Assembly: GCA_027366195.1 (NCBI GenBank)
Contig: DAHXKW010000146.1
Location: 1 to 35,439 of the forward strand
Direction: 5' to 3'
DNA length: 35,439 nucleotides
DNA from: Alphaproteobacteria bacterium
GTDB lineage: Bacteria; Pseudomonadota; Alphaproteobacteria; G02398745; G023898745
Shown here: piece by piece, positions 15,384 to 22,616 of the stretch
Position numbering within the stretch: the first letter of the stretch is position 1
How the letters are laid out: every line of letters begins with the position of its first letter
Made by a program: the position numbers and the translations under genes
The notes under the pieces: model-generated
What the model was told of the DNA's origin: nothing
The model's database searches: none
What the model saw: the letters and a program-made list of their open reading frames with translations, nothing else

Positions 15384-16379
15384 GTGAATATTCCAATTAG
15401 TAGTCATATCTTGATTACAGGTGCTGGGGGATTTATTGGGGGGTGGCTCACCAAGTGGTTTGTTGAACATGGTTATAAACATGTAAGAGCTGTGGACATT
15501 AAATCTAAAAAGGATTGGTACCAAGTTCATGAAGATGCCGAAAATTTGGTTTATGATTTATGCCGACTGGAAGCTTGTGAGTTTGTAACACAGGATGTTG
15601 ATTATGTATTTAATTTGGCAGCTGATATGGGAGGCATGGGATTTATCGAAAATAACAGAGCCGCCTGTATGTTGTCTGTTTTAATCAATACCCACTTATT
15701 GATGGCGGCACAAAGGGAGGGGGTGAAGCGTTATTTTTATGCATCTTCGGCTTGTGTGTATGCGCATGATAAGCAAACTGACCCTAATGTCACCGCTTTA
15801 AGAGAAGAGGATGCATATCCTGCCATGGCTGAAGATGGCTATGGTTGGGAGAAGCTTTTTTCAGAACGTATGTGTCGGCATTTTTCGGAAGATTTTGGTA
15901 TGGAAGTTCGTGTTGCTCGTTTCCATAATGTATATGGTCCTTTAGGTACCTATACTGGAGGACGTGAAAAAGCACCAGCAGCCATATGTAGAAAAGTGAT
16001 AGAGGCAGTAATATCTGGAAATCATGAGATCGAAATTTGGGGTGATGGAGAACAAACCAGAAGTTTTATGTATATTGATGATTGCGTGGAGGGTATTTTA
16101 AAGATATTTGATAGTAATTTTGATCAGCCCATTAATTTGGGCTCTGCTGAGCTAGTATCAATAAATCAATTGGTTAGTTTGGCAGAAAAAAATTCTGGTA
16201 TTAAGTTGCTTCGTACTTATAAAAAAGATGCGCCTCAGGGAGTGAGAGGTCGTAATTCTAATAATGAGTTGATTCAACAAGTTTTGGGCTGGGAGCCATC
16301 AATCTCTTTACAAGAAGGATTGAAGAAAACGTATGATTGGATTTTTGTTCAAATGAAGTCTGGCAGCGCGAGAGGATGA
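15384..16379 (+). CDS. GDP-mannose 3,5-epimerase-like SDR (extended short-chain dehydrogenase/epimerase)
   Basis: From memory of the plant GME sequence, the blocks match block-for-block: ITGAGGFIG, VDYVFNLAADMGGMGFIENN (plant VDHVFNLAADMGGMGFIQSN), FYASSACVY, YGWEKL (YxxxK), ARFHNVYGPLGTYTGGREKAPAAICRK (plant GRFHNIYGPFGTWKGGREKAPAAFCRK), WGDGEQTRSF and PQGVRGRNSNNELI. The GTG at 15384 follows GGGAGG, and I prefer it to the track's TTG at 15372. Confidence 0.82.
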   Translation: MNIPISSHILITGAGGFIGGWLTKWFVEHGYKHVRAVDIKSKKDWYQVHEDAENLVYDLCRLEACEFVTQDVDYVFNLAADMGGMGFIENNRAACMLSVLINTHLLMAAQREGVKRYFYASSACVYAHDKQTDPNVTALREEDAYPAMAEDGYGWEKLFSERMCRHFSEDFGMEVRVARFHNVYGPLGTYTGGREKAPAAICRKVIEAVISGNHEIEIWGDGEQTRSFMYIDDCVEGILKIFDSNFDQPINLGSAELVSINQLVSLAEKNSGIKLLRTYKKDAPQGVRGRNSNNELIQQVLGWEPSISLQEGLKKTYDWIFVQMKSGSARG

Positions 16380-16888
16380 TCTCTATAAAAATGTTCGTGT
16401 TTCAACAGCCATTTTTTTCGTTCTACACCACAGCGGTATCCGCATAGATCCCCAGAACTTTTTATAATGCGATGGCAGGGAATAATTATGGCAATAGGAT
16501 TTGATCCATTGGCATTAGCCACAGCGCGAAAAGATGTTGGGCTATTTATGCTTTTGGCTATATCAGCATAGCTTTGGGTTGTACCATAAGGTACTTTTGC
16601 AAGGGTTGTCCAAACGTGTTTTTGAAATGAGGTTCCCAAAGGCATAGTTAAAACTGTGAATTTTTTCAAATTCCCTGAGAAATAATCTGCCATTTCCTTT
16701 TTCAGTAAATTTAGTGCATCTGTGCTGCCTTCTTGAATTTCGGAATTGAAGTTTCTAGATAATTGGGTTATTTCTTTTGTCAGATCAGGATTATCAGTAA
16801 AATCTATGCGATAAATTATGCAACTGTTTCCGATTCCAATCATTGATCCTAATGGTGTTTCGAAAGTTGTGAAACGAATCTCAGACAT
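16349..16888 (-). CDS. ogt: Methylated-DNA--protein-cysteine methyltransferase
   Basis: It carries the active-site PCHR motif (IIIPCHRIIKSSGDLCGYRCG) and the YGTTQSYADIA helix-turn-helix block. I start it at MSEIRF (ATG at 16888), 2 nt after the lolC/E stop, rather than at the track's 16963, which would overlap lolC/E by 73 nt. Confidence 0.87.
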   Translation of the reverse strand: MSEIRFTTFETPLGSMIGIGNSCIIYRIDFTDNPDLTKEITQLSRNFNSEIQEGSTDALNLLKKEMADYFSGNLKKFTVLTMPLGTSFQKHVWTTLAKVPYGTTQSYADIAKSINSPTSFRAVANANGSNPIAIIIPCHRIIKSSGDLCGYRCGVERKKWLLKHEHFYRDHPLALPDFI

Positions 16889-16890
16889 TT

Positions 16891-18111
16891 TTAACGTAAA
16901 ATACGGACGGGATCTAAACGTGCAGCGCGCCAAGATGGATAAAAGGAAGCAAGTATTGAACAAGATACACTAAGGCCACAAATCAAACTCACATCTGTCC
17001 AATTTAATAGAGCAGGAAGCTGGTTAATACCATAGGCTTCAGCGCTAAAAAGTTGAGTTCCTAAAATATGTTCCACAAACAAACGTATGGTTTCTATGTT
17101 GTGTACGAATAAAATACCTAAGATGAACCCACACAAAGTTCCTAAGACACCAATAGTCATGCCATTGATTAAAAATATTCGACCTATAGCATGCTGGCTC
17201 ATTCCCATAGTGCGTAGGATGGCGATATCTTTTGTTTTATCTTTAACAAGCATCACAAGGCTGGAGACAATGTTTAAGACGGCAATCATAATAATAAGTG
17301 TTAGAACAATAAACATAACATTTTTTTCAATATGTAAAGCTCTTAAGGCTGGCGCATTAGCATGCCCCCAGTCTTGAACATCAACTTTAAATTCTGATAG
17401 TGCCTTTACTATTTTAGGTGTCATGCCTTCTGGTGGTTTTGTAAATACTTCTATATGCGAAGGTCCCATTTCATAAAAGCTATTTGCATTTTCCAGACTG
17501 GTGAAGACAAAGCGTTTATCGTATTCCCGCATACCTAAATCAAAAATTCCGACGATTTTAAAGTTGCGTTCTTTTGTGATTGTTCCCAAAACAGACTCAT
17601 CCTGACTAGGATAGATCAAAGTAATATAATCGCCCATTTGTAAATTGTACTCTTCGGCCATTCGTATACCAATTAATACAGTATCTTCTTTTTTTAAATT
17701 TAGGACAGAGCCATTAATGACTTTGCTATTAAAATACTTGTGTTGTTTTAAGCGACTAGGATCGTGTCCAAAAACAATAACACCATTAAAGCGTCCGTGT
17801 GATGACATGATTGTAGGTGTTTCTGATACAGGCATGGCTTGGGTGACAAAAGGTAGGTGATCCAACTTTTCTAGAACTTGATTCAAATTTACAGCACCTG
17901 TGGGGTAGACATAGACATGTCCCTTAATTCCAATCAGTTGTTGCATTAATTCACTACGAAAACCATTAAGAACAGAAGTAACGATGATTAATGCAGCGAC
18001 GCCCAACATAATACCAACAAAAGACAGCGCGCTGATGAGTGAGATAAATCCATCGTTTTTTGGTGAGAAAAAGTAACGAAATGCAATAAATCGTTCAACT
18101 GATTTGAACAT
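16891..18111 (-). CDS. lolC: Lipoprotein-releasing system permease, LolC/LolE family
   Basis: 406 aa. The N-terminus FIAFRYFFSPKNDGFISLISALSFVGIMLGVAALIIVTSVLNGF is the LolC/E signature. A large periplasmic MacB-like domain and a C-terminal FtsX-type 3-TM bundle follow. Confidence 0.9.
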   Translation of the reverse strand: MFKSVERFIAFRYFFSPKNDGFISLISALSFVGIMLGVAALIIVTSVLNGFRSELMQQLIGIKGHVYVYPTGAVNLNQVLEKLDHLPFVTQAMPVSETPTIMSSHGRFNGVIVFGHDPSRLKQHKYFNSKVINGSVLNLKKEDTVLIGIRMAEEYNLQMGDYITLIYPSQDESVLGTITKERNFKIVGIFDLGMREYDKRFVFTSLENANSFYEMGPSHIEVFTKPPEGMTPKIVKALSEFKVDVQDWGHANAPALRALHIEKNVMFIVLTLIIMIAVLNIVSSLVMLVKDKTKDIAILRTMGMSQHAIGRIFLINGMTIGVLGTLCGFILGILFVHNIETIRLFVEHILGTQLFSAEAYGINQLPALLNWTDVSLICGLSVSCSILASFYPSWRAARLDPVRILR

Positions 18112-18124
18112 GCACTAAAAAATA

Positions 18125-18175
18125 TTCTTCTTCCCGCTATACATAAATCCTACCGCTTTATCGATCCAATGTACA
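18125..18175 (-). repeat. Direct repeat copy 1 of the MerR-gene 3' end (flanks vapBC cassette 1)
   Basis: ttcttcttcccgctatacataaatcctaccgctttatcgatccaatgtaca is near-identical to 19513-19565 and 18783-18833. It overlaps the last codons of vapC-1 in a different frame from the MerR reading frame. Confidence 0.8.
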
Positions 18176-18544
18176 TTTTTTAGGTTGATAAGGATAATAA
18201 ATATCTGGTTCTTTTTCAGAAAAATCTTTTGTATTACGTGTAATCAAAGTAGCATTGTGTGCTTTTGCTGATGCCCAGATAAGTGCGTCTGGTAATTTTA
18301 TTTTGTGTTGTTTGCGCAAACTGACAGTAATTTCTGAAATTTTTTGATCAATATTAACAATATGAAAGCGCAGGAAAAAATCTTTAACTAATTCTTGATT
18401 AACCATGTCGTTAACACCAACCATAACTTCAATCCATGTCACAATAGAAATCATGGGAGCAGGATAGGTTATAAATATGTTGCGAGTCTCCGGCACTCCT
18501 TTGATGTAATCGATCAGAATATTTGTATCAAACAGAGTCTTCAC
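18158..18544 (-). CDS. vapC: PIN-domain toxin VapC (cassette 1)
   Basis: MKTLFDTNILIDY (the first acidic PIN residue in the FDTN context), conserved acidic residues downstream (E~39, LPDALIWASA, TRNTKDF). It overlaps the upstream small antitoxin ORF by 17 nt. Confidence 0.85.
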   Translation of the reverse strand: MKTLFDTNILIDYIKGVPETRNIFITYPAPMISIVTWIEVMVGVNDMVNQELVKDFFLRFHIVNIDQKISEITVSLRKQHKIKLPDALIWASAKAHNATLITRNTKDFSEKEPDIYYPYQPKKCTLDR

Positions 18545-18779
18545 GTTCCCACTCGGATCTTAGTTTTTGTTGAATTTCTACACCGTCTATTGCTTTATCT
18601 TTCCATAATCCGAATATAGGATCATTTATTGAGCTGGGATGTTGCGGTGACTTGAGTAGCAGTCCATCGCTTCTGAGCTCAAAGTCCAGATGGTCAGAAT
18701 CAAGATGAGCTTGCTGGAGTAAACTCTGAGGGATAGCAATATTTGTATATTCTCCAGTATAGGTAGACGTCATGAACAT
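18528..18779 (-). CDS. vapB: VapB-like antitoxin (AbrB/SpoVT-like N-terminus), cassette 1
   Basis: An 83 aa ORF lying upstream of and overlapping vapC. Its N-terminus TSTYTGEYTNIAIPQSLLQQAHLDSDHLDFEL is paralogous to the antitoxin at 19239-19505. The start may be the ATG at 18773. Confidence 0.7.
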   Translation of the reverse strand: MFMTSTYTGEYTNIAIPQSLLQQAHLDSDHLDFELRSDGLLLKSPQHPSSINDPIFGLWKDKAIDGVEIQQKLRSEWEREDSV

Positions 18780-18782
18780 TAT

Positions 18783-18837
18783 TTTTCTTACCGGTATACA
18801 TAAATCCTACTGCTTTATCGATCCAATGTACAACGTC
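18783..18837 (-). repeat. Direct repeat copy 2 of the MerR-gene 3' end (between the two vapBC cassettes)
   Basis: tttttcttaccggtatacataaatcctactgctttatcgatccaatgtacaacgtc matches 19515-19569 with only a few substitutions. It is non-coding here. Confidence 0.8.
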
Positions 18838-19242
18838 CTATTCTTGTGTCCAATCAACTAAATTTAATTCAGAAACTCGGATAAATTCATGTGTATTGTT
18901 TGTTACGCAAGTTATTTTGCGGGCTTGAGCTGTCGCAGCAATGAGAATATCAAAACTACCTATCATTTTTCCTTGTTTATGCAAAGCTGTCTTTATTTCA
19001 ACTGCTGCTATTTGTTCTGAATCTCCGAAGGGATAAGTTTGTACAACAGTACAAAAATTTTCCCATCTTTTCCTTTGCTTCTGAAAATTATTTGGATGAA
19101 GTGCAAAACCGTAATTAATTTCAAGTTTTGTAATGATTGAAATTCCTAAATCGTTAGGATCTGTCCGTTCTAGGTGTTTGGATACGCAAAAATCATCTTT
19201 TAAAAATTTCGAGACAATACAGGTGTCTAAAAGATATTTCAT
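18838..19242 (-). CDS. vapC: PIN-domain toxin VapC (cassette 2)
   Basis: MKYLLDTCIVSKF, FDILIAATA and VTNNTHEF are PIN acidic-residue contexts. It has an ATGA-type 4 nt overlap with the upstream antitoxin ORF. Confidence 0.85.
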   Translation of the reverse strand: MKYLLDTCIVSKFLKDDFCVSKHLERTDPNDLGISIITKLEINYGFALHPNNFQKQRKRWENFCTVVQTYPFGDSEQIAAVEIKTALHKQGKMIGSFDILIAATAQARKITCVTNNTHEFIRVSELNLVDWTQE

Positions 19243-19505
19243 AGATCTACTGGTTTTGGTTCTATCAATTCAGCGCGCAGCTCTGCAATACCCGGAAAAC
19301 TATCATCGTGATAAGGAGTGAAAGTTCCTTTTGGCCAATTTTTGTGAGGCTTGGAATCGGATTGGTTCGGTTCGATTTGCTGGGTGATTACTAAACGTTC
19401 TCCACATACTTCAAACGAAAGAGGCACGGAATCAAGATGTGCCTGTATAAGCAATTCGTAAGGAATAGGGATGTTCTTATATTTCCCTGTATATGTGGAT
19501 TCCAT
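19239..19505 (-). CDS. vapB: VapB-like antitoxin, cassette 2
   Basis: An 88 aa ORF. MESTYTGKYKNIPIPYELLIQAHLDSVPLSFEV is paralogous to the cassette 1 antitoxin. It begins 4 nt after the MerR-like stop codon. Confidence 0.7.
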   Translation of the reverse strand: MESTYTGKYKNIPIPYELLIQAHLDSVPLSFEVCGERLVITQQIEPNQSDSKPHKNWPKGTFTPYHDDSFPGIAELRAELIEPKPVDL

Positions 19506-19509
19506 GCTC

Positions 19510-20280
19510 TTACTTTTTCTTCCCGCTATACATAAATCCTACTGCTTTATCGATCCAATGTACAACGTCTTGCGGAATGTTATGCCAATTATCAGACTCT
19601 TTTAAAGAGGGTTCTTCAAATTTACCCTGTTTGTAACAATCCCAAATCACTTCTCCTAACTCGTGGTCTTCCCAATACCTGTTTGCAAGGTCCATCCACT
19701 GTTTTGCATAAGATTGACCCACAACTCCGTATGGATCTTCATGTATATTTAATTTAACCTCTGCTACCAAAATATCCCATTCTTTTTCATATTGGATTAG
19801 TTCTTCTCCAGAAAGCTTAGGCATGGCTGCAAATTTTTTCAGTTGTTCTGGCGTAAAAATCTTACCAGCCCATGATTGCTCTAATTCTTTTGTCATTTTG
19901 TAAACTCCTATCAAATTTAAGGTTGAAGATAAATCAACTGACCCGGTAAGTTTACTATCATCAATAACGGCTGTTAAAATGTCTATGGCTTCTTTGAGTT
20001 GCTGTGTTTTCTGCTGTAAGAAATCTTTTTGCATTTGAAGAAGCTGAGATATATCAATTTTCCCTGATAATATTGCCTTAATCTTTGATAGTTCAAAGCC
20101 AAAAGACTTTAATGCCAATATTTGCTGAAGTTTTATCAAATCAGTCTCGGAGTATACACGATAACCATTTGGCAAACGCGTTGATGCTTTCAATAAACCT
20201 ATTTTGTCATAATGTTGTAGTGTTCTGGCTGATATGCCAGTCAACTCGCAAACGTCGTGTGTATACCATCTTGTCATCAT
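19510..20280 (-). CDS. MerR family transcriptional regulator with TipAS-like C-terminal domain
   Basis: The N-terminal wHTH reads YTHDVCELTGISARTLQHYDKIGLLKASTRLPNGYRVYSETDLIKLQQILALKSFGFELSKIK (MerR signature). A coiled-coil follows, then a ~130 aa helical C-terminal domain as in the TipAL/Mta/SkgA group. Confidence 0.88.
   Translation of the reverse strand: MMTRWYTHDVCELTGISARTLQHYDKIGLLKASTRLPNGYRVYSETDLIKLQQILALKSFGFELSKIKAILSGKIDISQLLQMQKDFLQQKTQQLKEAIDILTAVIDDSKLTGSVDLSSTLNLIGVYKMTKELEQSWAGKIFTPEQLKKFAAMPKLSGEELIQYEKEWDILVAEVKLNIHEDPYGVVGQSYAKQWMDLANRYWEDHELGEVIWDCYKQGKFEEPSLKESDNWHNIPQDVVHWIDKAVGFMYSGKKK
19513..19570 (-). repeat. Direct repeat copy 3 (master copy): actual 3' coding end of the MerR/TipA-like gene
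   Basis: It encodes ...VVHWIDKAVGFMYSGKKK. The same ~50-55 nt recur at 18783-18837 and 18125-18175. Confidence 0.8.
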
Positions 20281-20298
20281 ATATCCTCCTCAATTTCC

Positions 20299-20329
20299 AT
20301 TTTCCACTATGACGCAACGTTGGGCTCAA
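20299..20329 (-). promoter_or_regulatory. Candidate MerR-type autoregulated promoter: -35 TTGAGC, 19 bp spacer containing palindrome CAACGTTG, -10 GAAAAT
   Basis: Minus strand: TTGAGC (20329-20324), a 19 nt spacer and GAAAAT (20304-20299), about 10 nt upstream of the GAGGAGG SD. The perfect 8 bp palindrome CAACGTTG lies at 20315-20322 inside the spacer. A 19 bp spacer is the hallmark of MerR-family promoters. Confidence 0.3.
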
Positions 20330-20409
20330 GGGGATTTATTAAAAAGTAGTCTTACAAGTGTGTTTTGGCAACTGTACAATAAATGTGTGCATAGATAAGT
20401 CTGTGTTTT

Positions 20410-21720
20410 ATGGGAAACGGTGAAGAAGGGTTAATTTGTACAGCATTAAGGGATAGTTTACGACAGGGGTATAGTTGGAATATTTTTAAGCATGATTTTT
20501 TGGCTGGTCTAATTGTTTCTTTTGTGGCCATACCCTTGGCTATGGCTTTTTCTATTGCTGTTGGATTGCCGCCGCAACATGGGTTGTTGACCGCAATTAT
20601 TGCAGGTTTTGTAGTGCCATTACTGGGTGGTTCTCACGTTCAGGTCAGTGGCCCAACAGCTGCTTTTATCGTTATCCTTGCACCACTTGTTGCTAAATAT
20701 GGTGTTTCAGGGTTAATTCCCATTACTGTACTGTCTGGTTGTTTACTAATTTTATTTGGTGTGAGCAGAGCAGGGTATTTAATAGAATTATTTCCCAAAA
20801 CGGTTGTTATTGGTTTTACAACTGGCATTGCTGTAGTTATTGGTACGGTATCATTAAATGATTTGCTTGGGTTGAAAATTTACCCATTGCCTAATTCTTA
20901 TTTGAATAAAATTTTTTGTATTGTTCAGCACCTACCAAAATTGTCGTTGGCAGAGTGTATCGTCAGTACCACGTCACTTTTAACCATGTGGAGCATGAAA
21001 TATTTTATACCTAAATTCCCTGCACCATTAATTGGTATCATTGTGGGAGGTGTAATTGCTTCGATGCTTCATGTGCTTGGTTTTCAGGTAAGCACCATTG
21101 GAAATCACTTTAGTTACGTCTTACCAAATGGGGTCGTAGGGTCCGGAATTCCCCCATTATGGCCAACTTTAGAGCACGCGGTAGTAACTTTGTCTTGGCC
21201 ACCTGTTGGTGAATGGGGGAGTTTTTTTATGCCAGCTTGTACAGTTGCCTTATTGAGTGCGCTTGAGTCTTTATTATCTGCTGCAATTGCTGATTCAATG
21301 ATCCACAAAAAACATAATGCTAATGCGGAGCTTATAGGGATAGGTATTGGGAATATTTTATCAGGACTGGCTTCTGGTATCCCAGCCACAGGGGCAATTG
21401 CACGTACTGCTAAAAACATTCGTAACGGTGCCAAAACGCCTATTGCTGCCTCTTTGCATGCACTATTTATTTTGTGCTATGTTTTATGGTTTAGAGACAT
21501 TTTATCTTTTGTACCAATGGCTGCTTTAGCGGCTTTGATGATTCGTGTGGCTTTTCATATGTCACACTATCGCAATTTTTTTCACATTGTTAAGACAGGC
21601 AGTATACAAGAAATTACAGTACTTATGGTTTGTTTCTTGCTAACTGTATTTATAGATATGGTTGCTGGCATTAGTGCTGGACTTTTATTATTTTTTGTTT
21701 TTAAGTTTTTTACAAAGTAG
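20410..21720 (+). CDS. SulP family anion permease (no C-terminal STAS domain)
   Basis: FLAGLIVSFVAIPLAMAFSIAVGLPPQHGLLTAIIAGFVVPLLGGSHVQVSGPTAAF is the SulP N-terminal signature. It has multiple TM helices. The 436 aa protein ends right after the membrane domain. Confidence 0.87.
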   Translation: MGNGEEGLICTALRDSLRQGYSWNIFKHDFLAGLIVSFVAIPLAMAFSIAVGLPPQHGLLTAIIAGFVVPLLGGSHVQVSGPTAAFIVILAPLVAKYGVSGLIPITVLSGCLLILFGVSRAGYLIELFPKTVVIGFTTGIAVVIGTVSLNDLLGLKIYPLPNSYLNKIFCIVQHLPKLSLAECIVSTTSLLTMWSMKYFIPKFPAPLIGIIVGGVIASMLHVLGFQVSTIGNHFSYVLPNGVVGSGIPPLWPTLEHAVVTLSWPPVGEWGSFFMPACTVALLSALESLLSAAIADSMIHKKHNANAELIGIGIGNILSGLASGIPATGAIARTAKNIRNGAKTPIAASLHALFILCYVLWFRDILSFVPMAALAALMIRVAFHMSHYRNFFHIVKTGSIQEITVLMVCFLLTVFIDMVAGISAGLLLFFVFKFFTK

Positions 21721-21814
21721 CTCGGAGGGTGCTTGAGTTGTGTGGTTTTATTTCTTTAAGATCAAACATAAACTTGAAACAAGAGGTTAAGATGCTTCTA
21801 TTTTTGTTAGTGCT

Positions 21815-22612
21815 ATGAATAAAATAATTACACACGAAACAGCTGTAGATGTTTGTGCACTTAAACCAGAACTTCGGCAAATAGCGAAAAAACTTTCTAC
21901 TTTTCCTTTGGGACAATTTCTTTTGAAAAATAGAGGGTTAAATGGCAAATGGACTTCATATTTAATTCACACAACAACTTCTGAGAATGTAACTGAGAAT
22001 CAACTTCTTTCAAGAAGTCCTGTCATTTTGGCAACACGTGAGCGATTTGATATTTTCCAAAAACAATTGATGAAATATTTAAAACCAAAAACTGTTGTTG
22101 CTTCAATTCCTTGTGGAGTGATGGATGATCTTTTGACTTTGCCTCAGGTTCCAAAAGATACAGTCTTTTTGGGTTGTGATCTTGATGCAGAAAGTCTAGG
22201 CGAAGTCGGGAAACGGCTTCTTGTAGGGCAAAATGTTCAGTTACTACGCCAAGATGCTTGGGATCTAGGAATAGATAAAAGCTTTGATATTATTGTAAGT
22301 AATGGCCTGAATATATACGAGGAGGATGATGAGCGTGTTACAGATTTATATCGTAATTTTTATAAAGCGCTTAAGTCTGGTGGAGTCTTAATTACGAGTT
22401 TTCTGACGCCTAAAGACGCATGGCATGATTATAATTCTGAAGATTTAGCTTGGCAGAAAACCATATTCGTAGATATTTTACAGGTAAAATGGCAAAGTCT
22501 AAGATCTGAAGAAATAACGCGGGAGCAATTAAAGTCAGCAGGATTTGAAGTGCTTGATGTGATATATGACAAGCAAGGTATGTTTCCAACGATCGTTGCG
22601 CGCAAAAGATAA
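21815..22612 (+). CDS. Class I SAM-dependent methyltransferase-like protein
   Basis: It has motif I-like VASIPCGVMDD, an acidic post-I LGCDLD, and a motif II/III-like region FDIIVSNGLNIY...LKSGGVLITSF. The substrate is unknown. Confidence 0.6.
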   Translation: MNKIITHETAVDVCALKPELRQIAKKLSTFPLGQFLLKNRGLNGKWTSYLIHTTTSENVTENQLLSRSPVILATRERFDIFQKQLMKYLKPKTVVASIPCGVMDDLLTLPQVPKDTVFLGCDLDAESLGEVGKRLLVGQNVQLLRQDAWDLGIDKSFDIIVSNGLNIYEEDDERVTDLYRNFYKALKSGGVLITSFLTPKDAWHDYNSEDLAWQKTIFVDILQVKWQSLRSEEITREQLKSAGFEVLDVIYDKQGMFPTIVARKR

Positions 22613-22616
22613 CAAT

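Noticed and set aside
16889-16963. N-terminal extension of the ogt ORF given by the ORF track (start at 16963)
   Set aside because: It would overlap the lolC/E 3' end by 73 nt and adds a non-conserved leader (MFNTCFLLSILARCTF...). The Met at 16888 begins the conserved Ogt N-domain right after the lolC/E stop.
18125-19570. Interpreting the TA-flanking repeats as integron attC sites (chromosomal integron cassette array)
   Set aside because: No IntI-type integrase or attI is present in the window. The repeats are direct copies of a gene's 3' end rather than imperfect palindromes with RYYYAAC/GTTRRRY cores. They contain only short palindromes (TGTACA, ATCGAT). I kept this as a generic site-specific or recombination hypothesis instead.
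21114-21434. 106 aa minus-strand ORF inside the SulP gene, and similar internal ORFs (20640-20828, 21347-21529)
   Set aside because: They overlap a confidently identified membrane transporter and show no independent signals.
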